A DNA stretch of 61,507 bases, counting the filler, from Stramenopiles sp. TOSAG23-3 (taxonomy: Eukaryota): NCBI GenBank assembly GCA_900128585.1. It is 22 parts of 22 records of this genome, joined end to end, with 100 filler letters (N's around TTAATTAATTAA, not from the genome) between each part and the next. Parts side by side here need not be neighbours in the genome. Positions count along the whole stretch, not along the records: positions 22,479 to 25,183 come from LT644638.1; positions 25,284 to 27,986 come from LT644639.1; positions 28,087 to 30,786 come from LT644640.1; positions 30,887 to 33,584 come from LT644641.1; positions 33,685 to 36,381 come from LT644642.1; 17 more parts are not named here. One strand, given 5' to 3'. Shown piece by piece: positions 22,479 to 33,942 of the stretch (positions are counted from its first letter, which is position 1; every line of letters starts with the position of its first letter). The notes below the pieces were generated by a model. The model was not told the origin of the DNA. It made no database searches and saw only the letters and a list, made by a program, of their open reading frames with translations. The position numbers and the translations under genes were made by a program.

Positions 22479-25183
22479 TGTCAGCCGTGTCCACCCTTTA
22501 CCGGTTCCGATCTATCCGATTACGATCCAACGTTGGGAGCTACCACTTGTCAAGCAGTTGCCTGTGGTACCAACCAGTACGTTCTGAGCCACGAATGCCA
22601 ATTGTGCCCACCAACCTCGTACCGTGCGGCTGGGGACGAAATATTCGGAACCGATACACACTGCTTTTGCAAAGACAACCACAAAGTTATCAACAAACAA
22701 TGCGTTACATGCGAAGAAGGATCCAGCAATCCAAATCTATGCTACTCAGGCTTAGAAGACCATTACTGTGTGTGTCACGAAAACTACCATGTAGTCAACA
22801 ACCTCTGTACTGTATGCCCACACGGTGCTACCAGACCTGCTGGAGATTACGCGGGAAACGCCGACACGCACTGTATTTGTGGACTGGACCAACACGTAGT
22901 CAGTAACCAATGCGTCACTTGCCCATTGGGATCCTCAAGACCAGCAGGGGACGATTCCAGTGGACCCGATACCGAATGTTCATGCTCAGCAAACGAACAT
23001 GTATTGGTGGAATACACGGTAGACACAAACAAATACGAAGGAAGTACATGCGATGATGAAGCGGACTGTGAAACGAAATGCTCTGCTGATAGCGCTTGTG
23101 AGGGGTATACTAATGGAGGGGGCGCAATCACATTGACAAGATCAGACACAACATGGCCACTTGAGACCGGAAATTTCTATCATTTTGACATGTCGGCAGA
23201 CGGAACGAAGAGAGTGATGGCGGGGGGACTTGACCAGATTTACGTTTCTACCGATAGCGGTGTTACTTGGAATATGAAATCAAACGCGGCAAATGGAGAG
23301 GGAGGTTGGACAAGTGTTAGCATGTCGGCCGATGGAAGTAAGATATTCGCATGTTACTCTGCCCATACGGGGGGTTATTTCTCCACGGATTCCGGTGAGA
23401 CATGGACAAACTTTGCCGCGGATTATACTAACGGTCCGCAATATAAGTTGTGTAGAATATCGCCCGATGGTTCGAAGATGGTGGTCGCCTACGACTCCAC
23501 TGCCCCCATATGGACCTCTGACGATGGTGCCACGTGGTCTGTAAGTAACTCTGAAACCAAAAATTGGAACGATGTTGTTATATCGGCAGATGGGACAAAG
23601 ATAGTAGCTACGGAAGCAGAGAACATATGGTACTCTCATGATGGTACTTGGAGTCAGAGTGTTCTAACCTATACTACTACTCTTAATCATCTAACGATGT
23701 CAGATGACGGAATGACAGTCATCGGTACCATAGGAGGTAATAAACCCATCCGATACTCTCATGATGGAGGTGTAACTTGGGCTGAAGAAACTGGTGCTCA
23801 TTTACCAACTACATATTATCAAGGTATAGATGTATCAGCAGACGGTACAGTTGCGGTTGCTACCTCTTACAATGACAACCTACATATATCTACGGATAGC
23901 GGTGTTACATGGCTCATGGATCCAGCGGCAAACTATGGGAAAAATTGGAGAGGCATTGCCATATCCCCCGATGGGACGAAAATATTAACAGGTGGGTACT
24001 CTGTTGGACACTATAATGGAGAAATTTCATATTCAATGGAATACGGACCACTAGTAGCAGGAACTGGGGATTCCAAAGCATTGCAACAAGGATGCGAAAC
24101 ATGCCCCGCTGGAAGTACAAGATTGTCCGGAGACCTTGTGTCCAATGGTAACACATACTGCATATGCGAAGAAAACTACAGGGTACAAGACAATCAATGC
24201 GTAGCATGTGAAAATGGATCCCTACGCCCCGCTGGTGACAATGCCGCGGGAAACAACACCTATTGCGCGTGTCTAGAAGGACAACACGTTCAAAGCCATG
24301 TTTGTACCGCGTGCGCCGCCGGGTACACCAGTGTTGCGGGCGAAGATGCCACTGGAGTGGATACCAACTGTACTTGTGCGGACAACTTTTATTCCAATGG
24401 AAACGGGTGCGTCGCGTGTCCCGGAACATCTATCATTGCGGGTGGATCCGACCCCACCGTACCATCCGAATGCGTATGTCCGATCAATTTTGAACCAGAA
24501 ACATGCGATTTGTGCGACTCGTGCGCACCGTGCGATGCTACCGAAGAATCCCTTGGGGGGACAGACACATGCAAATGCAAAGAAAACCATTACTACGATG
24601 GTTCTGCATGCGTTGCGTGCGCCCCGGGAGCCACCAGACCAGCAGGGGACGATAAGAACAGCACCACGGAATGCACCGCTCAAACATGTGCAGAGAACCA
24701 TAAAGTTGTTAGCAACCAATGTCAACCGTGTATTACAGGAATGGTTTCTCCCGGAGACTTGGCCACCGGGGTAGACACTTCTTGCACCTACCAAGGCACT
24801 ACACACACCGTATCCGTTGTAGGAAACTACTTTTACGGTATTGGAGGAAGCAACAACCCGGAACTGACCATGCGGGTCGGAGAAACCCACACTTTTATCC
24901 GGAACTCCGCGGGCGATCCCTTTCGTATTGTTACAGAAGCCGAGTGCGAAGGGTTGCAATGCGATAAAGCTCAGTACACCACACTTCCGAAAGGTAGTCT
25001 AGTAGACGCGGTTCAAGATCAGTCCGTTACCGTGTTTGAGCCTACCACAGCTGGAATATACTACTATTTGAGCACAGAAACAGGGTACCGAAAAGGAAGA
25101 ATTGTCGTCGATTGGCCACTTTGTGTTATCACATACCCTGTCACCAACATTACCGCATCGTGTGAACTGTCCAGTGAAATTGT
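22479..25183 (+). CDS. Internal part of a large Cys-rich repeat surface protein with an Asp-box beta-propeller and a cupredoxin-like module
   Basis: Open across the whole contig. About 34-aa CxxC..RPAGD..DTxCxC repeats, several SxDxGxTW Asp-boxes with SADG repeats, and NPELTMRVGETHTF...PFRI...AGIYYY. Confidence 0.85.
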
Positions 25184-25766
25184 NNNNNNNNNNNNNNNNN
25201 NNNNNNNNNNNNNNNNNNNNNNNNNNNTTAATTAATTAANNNNNNNNNNNNNNNNNNNNNNNNNNNNNNNNNNNNNNNNNNNNACAATCGCTATATGCGT
25301 AAACTCCACCACCAATGAGGTACATTAATTATTGTTGAATTTTCGAGTTTGCCGACTCGCTTTACCGATACCCACCAAAAATACTACCCGCAACAACAAT
25401 TGTTGTGACTGGGAAAAGAGAGGAGAGGTGCCGCCATGATGATGGATGATGTGAAGAAGAATATCTTGGTGGGTGGTGGTATAATAATAATTATTATAAT
25501 ATTATTATTATTATTCCTCTTGCTTCGTCGTGATTATAATAATATTATTTCTTCTTTTTCTTCCTCCTCCTCCTATTAATATCGTATTAATATATATTAT
25601 ATTATCGTAGTACTTTTTAATAATTATGTCGAATTGTCGAGGATATCGACTGTACAGTTGAAAATGAAGGGATTCGTTCGGTAATTGTGAAATCAGCACA
25701 GCTATCAGCACAGCTGTTTGAAAGAACACACCTGTATAAAGAATTTCGTTTGGCTTCTCGAAAACA

Positions 25767-26867
25767 ATGAAGCTTGCAAGACTGCCCTTTCTCCTGTTTT
25801 TGGCATCGTGTGGTGGTGTTGCAGATGCTGCGCCAAAAGTTCCGTATCTTAGTGGGATCTTTTTGTCCTTATATTCGATTGACAGTTCGTACACTGCAAC
25901 GCAATGGGAAATGGAGTTTGAGGCGATGGAAAAGGTCGGAATTGAATTTGTAGGAGTCCGAGCCGCGTTGCAAGGCACGGGCAGCGAGACGCAGGGAGGC
26001 TGTACTCTGGGGCGGTACAAGGCGCTTTATCCTACGACGGTAACCCCAAAGATTTGCTACCAGAACGATATGAAGGGAGCAAACACCTTCAAGTATTTGC
26101 TTGATGCTGCCAAAAAGTTTAACATAAAAGTGCACGTGACCCCAATTATGCCTCATACCCCCTTTGCCTGGCCACACACCCCAAAGCCGGAATATTACGA
26201 CTCACTCACCAAACTTCAATCGGAAGTGTTCATGGACGTGTGGAATTTATTCCCGGAACACCGTGATACCATTGTGGGCGTGTACACGTCGTTGGAAGAA
26301 TGGAATGGCGTAAATTGGACGGACGATGAAAATGCAGTACCGCTCGCTACGCATTATTTTGAGCCCTTGGCCAAAACGCTTCGCAATCAGACTGGTATGG
26401 AATCGCTTCAATTCTGGGCAAGCCCTTACTATGTTGGAAATTTCACTCTGCACCCAACAGCACAAAATGCAACATCATATGCCAAATTTTGGTCCAAAGT
26501 TTGGAAACTAGCACCATCGTTTGATTGGATAGCTCTACAAGATTCCATGGGATGGCAAGGCAATTCGTTTGAAGAAGTCAAAGAAGTGCTAATAGAATTG
26601 AAAAAGGCTGGTAAAAGTGCAGGAAAGCAAGTTTGGAGCAACGTAGAGATTTTCGAAGGCTGGCCGTTGCCATGCATTTACCCCAAGAAATGTGGTCGGC
26701 ACCCTGCTCCAATTGAACGAATAATCAAGCAGCTAAAGAACGAAGACCCTTACGTGACCGCACATGTTGCTTGGGAGTGGATGTCCTGCCTAAGTCCACA
26801 CACTAATGCCAACACGTCTAAACTGTACAGTGAATACGCCAACTATATAGATTCGGAAAGTGCGTAA
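25767..26867 (+). CDS. Secreted DUF4434-like glycoside-hydrolase TIM-barrel protein
   Basis: Signal peptide plus motifs WEMEFEAMEKVGI, LLDAAKK, ALQDSMG, WSNVEIFE and PAPIERIIKQL. Confidence 0.65.
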   Translation: MKLARLPFLLFLASCGGVADAAPKVPYLSGIFLSLYSIDSSYTATQWEMEFEAMEKVGIEFVGVRAALQGTGSETQGGCTLGRYKALYPTTVTPKICYQNDMKGANTFKYLLDAAKKFNIKVHVTPIMPHTPFAWPHTPKPEYYDSLTKLQSEVFMDVWNLFPEHRDTIVGVYTSLEEWNGVNWTDDENAVPLATHYFEPLAKTLRNQTGMESLQFWASPYYVGNFTLHPTAQNATSYAKFWSKVWKLAPSFDWIALQDSMGWQGNSFEEVKEVLIELKKAGKSAGKQVWSNVEIFEGWPLPCIYPKKCGRHPAPIERIIKQLKNEDPYVTAHVAWEWMSCLSPHTNANTSKLYSEYANYIDSESA

Positions 26868-27404
26868 ATCATTTTGTGCGCGGAACAAAATAGATCTGGA
26901 CTGATAATCTGAATATCTATTCAGCATATGAAAAAACAAATTATATAGTATGCATATTTTATGATATATATATTTATACTAATATACTATTTTGTTTTTT
27001 TTTATTATTAAAATGTACAACAACAATAATAATAATATTATAATGTAATATTATAATATATTATTTAGTATGCTCATACTAAGCAATGTTTTCCCTATGG
27101 TATGGCCATCCAATCATCAGAGGAGGGGTTCGGTGATCATCTCATCATCAGCAGCACCACGTCGTGCGTGAATAATTATTATGAAATACCGCAGACAGGT
27201 GGGTATGGGCAAGGTACAATATTTTATTGTTGCATTGCCGATTGCAGATAGATATTACAGTGATGTAGAAAAAAAGAAAAGAAATGAAATGGGCCGGAGT
27301 TCAGTCAACCAGACATTGATCCAGTCAAAAGTCACATACCTATTCTTTAATAGTGTGTCGGGACTCAATCGAATGTAATTGAATAAATCTACTATACTAA
27401 TATT

Positions 27405-27986
27405 ATGGGGGCAAGTACTTCCATAACGACGCTATATACTCCGGGCGATGAGGCGGCTGAAAACGTCGGCGAGAATGCAGCGTTTGAAGATCTGGGTCCT
27501 AAACTGTTCTCTCAGGGGCTGATTTTGCCTCAAAGCTTACGTCGCCATACGTATTCGTTCCTGGAACCTCCTGCTATGAACCACTTTCTTTATTGCTGTA
27601 GAGTATTTTCATTTGGAGAACTTCTGTCAGAAGATAGAGAAAGCCTGAAGAAAGTCCGGGTACGTTGGGAACAAGTCGAGGAGAAAAAGAAGGAGATTTT
27701 CAGACGACGAGACATGTACTACGACGCTTTGGGAGTGATGTCATCGTACAGTAGTATTGTGGCAGAACTATGCGAAGAAATGACACAACTGAGTCCCCAT
27801 ATGGTAAAAGTATCAAAAGAACGAGACGAAATCATGAGCTTCATTACAAATGCGAAGAGGGACGCAGAGAACCAAACTGGTGAAGAGTTGAAAGCGACAG
27901 AAACTCTTCTAGTTAAATTGGCAGATGCATACAAAAATCAAGAGGACGTTTTTGTTGATTTACAGAATCATTTCGAACAAGCGAGT
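27405..27986 (+). CDS. Coiled-coil protein with a possible N-myristoylation start (3'-truncated)
   Basis: MGASTS start (MGxxxS). The ORF runs into the contig end. Confidence 0.65.
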
Positions 27987-28086
27987 NNNNNNNNNNNNNN
28001 NNNNNNNNNNNNNNNNNNNNNNNNNNNNNNTTAATTAATTAANNNNNNNNNNNNNNNNNNNNNNNNNNNNNNNNNNNNNNNNNNNN

Positions 28087-29023
28087 AGCCCAACATGCCT
28101 TCGCTGTGCCACATTTGCATTGCTACCTCCCCAAGGCCACGTGTCTTGCCGGTCGTGTAGTAGTGTGGGGAAACGCCGTCCATGATAATTCTACGCTGCA
28201 GCGTATCCAGTGGAAAAGCTATTGCCTCGGCGTACGCGGCTGCGATGCCCCCTGCCGCCATTGTTTTCCACGTCAGCCCCTCGCCTGCTCCAAACTTTAA
28301 CTTCAATTCATCGTATGCAGTGAAGGCAGTAAAGGTATATGGGATCGTCCACAGAACGGCAGGCGTAAAGCCCCGGTACAGCCCTTTCCAACCGGCACCC
28401 CCCTTTTCTATTGCATTCCGTGCACAGTGAATAGCAGATTTGTATGTATAAGGCTGATTGTGAAGAAACGAGTCGCAAACCATGCGTGTCCGTATCAAGT
28501 CCATGGGATACGTCACCAAGAGGAAAAAGAACGACGCAGAGCCGCCGACCAAGAACTTGGTAAACAGCGAGACGTCCGTCGCGGTAACGCCGGGGACATA
28601 AAGCAGTTGCTTGAACGCATCATATGACGCGAACGGCACTAAACACGTAGGGAGTGAACGGGCTATAGTGACTAAATTTCCTCGGTATAGGCCAGTGACC
28701 CCAACCTCTTTGTACAAGTCTAAGAATGACGCCCAACCGCGCAATGGTAAATATTTTCGCTGGTTTGAAATTCGAGACGTTTGCATGAGCATTCGAAAGC
28801 GTTCCAAAGGCTGCACTACTGTTTTCGAAATACCAACCCCCATGAACAGCCCAAAGGCGTGGTTCACCCAGCTCAACTCCACTTGTGGTTTTACATCCCC
28901 CTTTACGTGCGATGCTCGAATAAACTCACGAACCAAAACCTCTGCATCTTTCATTCTTTCCTTCAACACGCTGTCTACCTCCGTGCCATTCTCCTCAACC
29001 AACCCAGCGTTTTCCTTTGGCAT
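28087..29023 (-). CDS. Mitochondrial carrier (SLC25) family protein (3'-truncated)
   Basis: Three Px[DE]xx[KR]-type motifs (PLERFRM, PMDLIRTR, PLDTLQRR) and GLYRG repeats. Confidence 0.9.
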
Positions 29024-29209
29024 AGTGAGATATTATAAAATTGAATTGGTTTGAAATGAACTAGATCTAAAACATCTAAAGCGTTCACTTTCTTCTTCTT
29101 CCTATGTTGACTTTGATCAATAAAAGCACCATGACCATGACTATACCTTGTCGTTTATTCTTTTATACAAATTTAACCCTGCGTGTTCTTCTTCAAATTA
29201 AAAAAAAAA

Positions 29210-29520
29210 AGTTTTTTCTTCTCTTTTTTTTTTTTTTTCCTTCTTTCTTCTTCTTCTTCTCTTTCTTCTTCTTTCTTCTTCTTTTCTTCTTTCTTCTTCT
29301 TTCTTCTTTCTTCTTCTTCTTCTTCTTCTTCTTCTTTTCTTCTTCTTCTTCTTCTTCTTTCTTCTTCTTTCTTCTTCTTTCTTCTTTCTTCTTCTTTCTT
29401 CTTTCTTCTTTCTTCTTCTTTCTTCTTCTTTCTTCTTGTTTCTTCTTCTTTCTTCTTCTTTCTTCTTCTTTCTTCTTCTTTCTTCTTTCTTCATTCTTCT
29501 TTCTTCTTTCTTCTTTCTTC
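29210..29520. repeat. Long (TTC/TTTC)n low-complexity tract
   Basis: Directly visible. Confidence 0.95.
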
Positions 29521-29907
29521 TGGAGGATGGAAGGGAGACTTTTTGAATCGTGAGTTCAACATTCAACAGTTTAAAGTACTAATATTTTTTAAGTACGATA
29601 TTTTCATATTAAAAATTAACTGTTTTTTTACAGCATAGACAGAGCACAGAGCACACACTTCTTTTCAACTATCTACAGGTACCAGGTACCAACGACGAAA
29701 GGCTCTTAGTGGACGAAGACAGAATAACAAAATTATGCATGTGCTCAACTAACAGTTGTTTTGATTATATGTGCAAGGAAACATGTTTCATTGGCAGTTG
29801 GAACAGCCTTTCTTTAATTTCATGTTCTGCTCCGCTCTTTAAGATTTTATGCTGTTGCAACGGAATTCCTAACATTTGTAACTCATTCGTTCGTAAGAGA
29901 AAGGAAT

Positions 29908-30633
29908 ATGTCCACTGCAACACCAGACGCCGTTTATAAAATCGTACTCATTGGTGATGCGGGTGTAGGAAAAACGAGTATTTTGCAACGTTTTGCCCAC
30001 GAAAAGAGAGGCATCACTGGTATACTAGATATCAAAGCGTGTAAGCCAACGATTGGCGTAGAATTTGAATCGTTTGATATAGAGCGATTGGTAAATGAAA
30101 AAAAGTATTTGATTCGGGTCCAGATTTGGGACACCGCCGGGCAAGAGCGGTACCGTGCCATAACCAAATCCCAGTACAGACGAGCAAACGGGGCCATGGT
30201 CGTTTTTGATGTCAGCAAGAAAGTTTCGTTTGAACACGCCAAGAAGGTATGGTTACCAGAGCTGGAAGATACTGCAACGGACACGACTGGGTTGTCGAAA
30301 GCGATTGCATTTGTTTGCAATAAGACAGACTTGAGAGTTGATGCAACAGACGATCACAAAAATTTTAATTTTGTGAATCCGGACCAAAAGAAAGCATTTA
30401 CGAATGAGAGAAACGATGAGGAGAAGATAGAAGTTTTTGACACTTCTGCATTAAATGGAGATGGACTCAAGACGGAAGACGGAAAAAAAAATGTTTTCCT
30501 ACACCTCATTGACAAAATTCACAAATTCCATTTGGAAAAGAGTGGCGTTTTAGAACATGCTAAATTGGGAAACGCAATCGATTTATCCGGCCAAAAATCT
30601 CAAAATGGTTCCTGTGGAGGATCCAAATGCTAA
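29908..30633 (+). CDS. Rab-family small GTPase (divergent, Rab11-like)
   Basis: GDAGVGKT, PTIGVEF, WDTAGQERYRAIT, NKTD, TSA motifs and C-terminal cysteines (SCGGSKC). Confidence 0.92.
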   Translation: MSTATPDAVYKIVLIGDAGVGKTSILQRFAHEKRGITGILDIKACKPTIGVEFESFDIERLVNEKKYLIRVQIWDTAGQERYRAITKSQYRRANGAMVVFDVSKKVSFEHAKKVWLPELEDTATDTTGLSKAIAFVCNKTDLRVDATDDHKNFNFVNPDQKKAFTNERNDEEKIEVFDTSALNGDGLKTEDGKKNVFLHLIDKIHKFHLEKSGVLEHAKLGNAIDLSGQKSQNGSCGGSKC

Positions 30634-30726
30634 CAAAACCTCTTTTAAAAATATGAGATAATAATAAGTTAGTCTATATTTTATAATAATAATAATACTA
30701 TTATTATTATTATATCCCTCTCCTTG

Positions 30727-30783
30727 ATAACAGACAGCTAAACTGTCTGTTAATCATAACAGACAGCTAAACTGTCTGTTAAT
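30727..30783. repeat. Two tandem copies (29-bp period) of a palindromic hairpin unit
   Basis: ATAACAGACAGCTAAACTGTCTGTTAAT twice. Each copy has a 10-bp stem TAACAGACAG/CTGTCTGTTA and a CTAAA loop. Confidence 0.9.
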
Positions 30784-31709
30784 TTTNNNNNNNNNNNNNN
30801 NNNNNNNNNNNNNNNNNNNNNNNNNNNNNNTTAATTAATTAANNNNNNNNNNNNNNNNNNNNNNNNNNNNNNNNNNNNNNNNNNNNCTTTGTACTTCGCT
30901 TCCAACAGAAAAAAAGTGCGTTGTAAAATAATAGCTTCATTTCAGAAACAAGAATCCTTATTTGCGCTGTTCCTTTTTTTCCAGACGCTGTGATTCAACA
31001 CCACACATCAAAGGAATCCCGAAAGTGCATCCAGCCAATTTGATGATTACAAAAAAACTGTTTGCTGGATGCAGTTTTTGGAAGACCGAGCCCCAAGCAC
31101 CCCACCGTGCTCAATACTAGAAGCGTGTTAAAACATCTCTAGGGGAAGCCGCAGCACCCCCCACAGCGGGCGGAGGCCTACGCGAGGACAGAGAAGTTGG
31201 ACCGCCCGTATAAAATGGCGTCGAGAAGTATGGAAATGCTCCTATCAAAATGGGAGAAGCGACAGTTAAACTACCTGCATCTTTTTTAAATTTTGATTAC
31301 AAAAGATAATGTACCCCATTCTACATTCGCGGGATGGCGCCGGACGTTGGTGGATCGCAACAGGTTTCGTGATATTTCAAGCACTAATTATTCATGAAAC
31401 AAAAGACATTTTATTTGCTAGCGTTTCATTCGTTCCAACGTTTCTTTTCCATTCGTTTCAGGTGTTCGAAAGTTCCGGCGTACGTGCCAAAACGTTCCTT
31501 TCAGCGTGCGAGAAAGAATCCCAGCGCGGTCCAAGAAAGATCGAAAACGTTTCCACGGCAATATATCTTTCTGTTGTATCCTAGAGTTTGCTGCTGCTTC
31601 AAACGATTTGGGTCGGGTAGCGGTTGTCTCGTTGAAGTTGTAGAATTTTTTTAGACGGTCTGAAACGATATTTACTGGTGTTGGAACGCTTCGTTGGTTG
31701 CGCTTAAGG

Positions 31710-33584
31710 ATGCTTCGTCTCTTTCTGTTTGCCAGCTTCGTCGGAGTTGCGCTGGCGGGGGAGTGGAACTGTTCCGACACGAGTGGGGTGTTTACACTTT
31801 CAACAGACTGCACGGTGAGCAGTGAGGTAGTTGTGAGTGGCTCGTTGAACATCACTGGCGTTCCAGACGCCAACGGTGTGTTGCCAAAAATTATCGGTGG
31901 TGGGTCGAACCGTTTGTTCAAGGTCCAGAGCGGCGGAGAGCTGCTGGTGAAGTATTTGAACCTGACGGGGGGGGGTGATAAACTCTGGAGCAGATGAGGT
32001 ACAAAAGAGTGGGGGGGCAATACTTCTTGAGGGTTCAACATCTATTTTAATTGTGTCTGATTCTATATTTCATGGCAACCAAGCGGTAGATAGAGGAGGG
32101 GCAATTTATGCTAACACAAACAGTAGGAGCGTTATAAGTAATTGCAAATTCATATCCAATTATATATCGGGAGGAACCTGTGGTGGGGCTGTTAACTTCA
32201 ATGAGGCCTTCTCAAATTTGACCAACAATGAGTTCGTCTTCAACAAAGTGCAAGGTTCGCACGGAGGCAGCGCGATTGCAGCATGGTCTTACCAAAAATC
32301 AAGTGAAATTCAAATACTGAAGAGCAACTTTACGTACAATACCTTCGAGCCATCAATTACTATCAAACACGGTGCTGCTATAGCACTCTATTACTGCAAA
32401 ACATTCTATGGCTGCAAATTAGTAATAAAGGACAGTCATTTTGTGGGAAACGTTGTGTCCAGCGAAACAACAGGTGCCGCAATGTATGTTTGGGCTTCAG
32501 ACTTAATGGTTTCTAATTCTTTCATTTTTCAACCCTACGTTTTCGTTATATTACAACAAGGCAGTGACACGGAGGTAAAAAAAGGAGGGTGGTTAAGTGT
32601 TGTTAATTCTACAATTGACACGGGCACGTCAGCATGGAAAATTGTTAAAAGCGAAACCACAGGTAGTCCGTCATATACCAGACTGGTTTTTGTGAACATA
32701 AGAATGATATCCTCTAACAATGGCATTTTAATTGATGCAATAAGTCCAGAATCCTGCTCCGCCGCCCTCACTCAGTGCGAAGAGAACGGCTACCCCAACG
32801 CGATTTGTACCACCCGCGAAAATCCCGACGAAGGCGTAATATGCGCGCAAAACTGTTCAACAGGTTATCAAAAAACGGGAACATTCAACCACACGTGCGC
32901 AGCATGTCCCAGCGGGACCTATAACACTTTATGGAACCAGCACGAATGCCTATTGTGGTCCGATTGCTCCACCGGCCACCGCATCGCTACGAACGGCACA
33001 AGTACCTCGAATCGTGTATGCACACCCTGCGGAGCCGGGACGTATTCCACCACCGCCAACGCATTCTCTTGCACCGCGTGGACAACTTGCGTAGCAGGCC
33101 AAAAGATAGCGGCCAACGGCACTGCAACCACCGACCGTACCTGCGTAGCATGCCCGAGCGGGCAATTTTCTGCTGCAACGAATCAAAACGCTTGCACAAA
33201 TTGGACCACTTGCAATGCTACGACGGAAGTGGAAAGCAGCGCAGGTTCTGCGACAGCGGATAGAGTCTGTGCGGCCGCTGGAAGTCCCTCGCCATCGGAT
33301 GATGCCCCTTCGCCATCTGAGGATAGCCCGTCACCGGCAGGAAGTCCGTCGCCATCTGGTGATAGCCCGTCACCGGTAGGAAATTCGCCGTCACCAGCAG
33401 CAGATTCGCCATCCCCGGCAGCCAATACTTCCACCACTGCTATACCCAATAAATTGAGCGCTGCCAGTCGTTCAGGGCCAAGTATACACCTCTACGGAGT
33501 GTTGGTGGCATCGACATGGTTTGGAATGGAGCGTCGGCTGCGGTTTACCATGCTTCGTCTCTTTTTGTTCGCTAGCTTCGTCGG
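31710..33584 (+). CDS. Secreted/surface protein: Pmp-like GGAI/FxxN beta-helix, Cys-rich repeats, SPS-rich stalk; frameshifted at a G9 run
   Basis: The signal-peptide ORF MLRLFLFASFV...LNLTGG joins ORF 31975-33584 if one G is removed from the run at 31967-31975. Repeats include GGAI, CxxCPxGTY/F and PSPS. Confidence 0.8.
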
Positions 33585-33942
33585 NNNNNNNNNNNNNNNN
33601 NNNNNNNNNNNNNNNNNNNNNNNNNNNNTTAATTAATTAANNNNNNNNNNNNNNNNNNNNNNNNNNNNNNNNNNNNNNNNNNNNACTATAACTGTATTCA
33701 CTATTCAATTTATATATAATAAATAAATACAATACGTACTACGGGGGGATTGTTAAAATTATGAGCAGGTGCTAATATATGTAGAAGGGACTTGTGTGTT
33801 AGCTTCTCAACTGAATGCAGAGAAAGGTTTGAAAATCATTGCAGGCATAGGATAACGTATTTCGTAACGCAAAACGATTTGAAATAAACGGTATTTAGAT
33901 TCTACCCGTTCGTGTTCTGTTGTTTGTTTCGTTGGTTGAAAC

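Noticed and set aside
29104-29638. Poly-F, poly-S and poly-K/E/R ORFs in the track
   Set aside because: They are translations of a (TTC/TTTC)n microsatellite.
31026-31073. 10-bp inverted repeat enclosing TGATGA (C/D snoRNA-like)
   Set aside because: No box D CTGA and too short.
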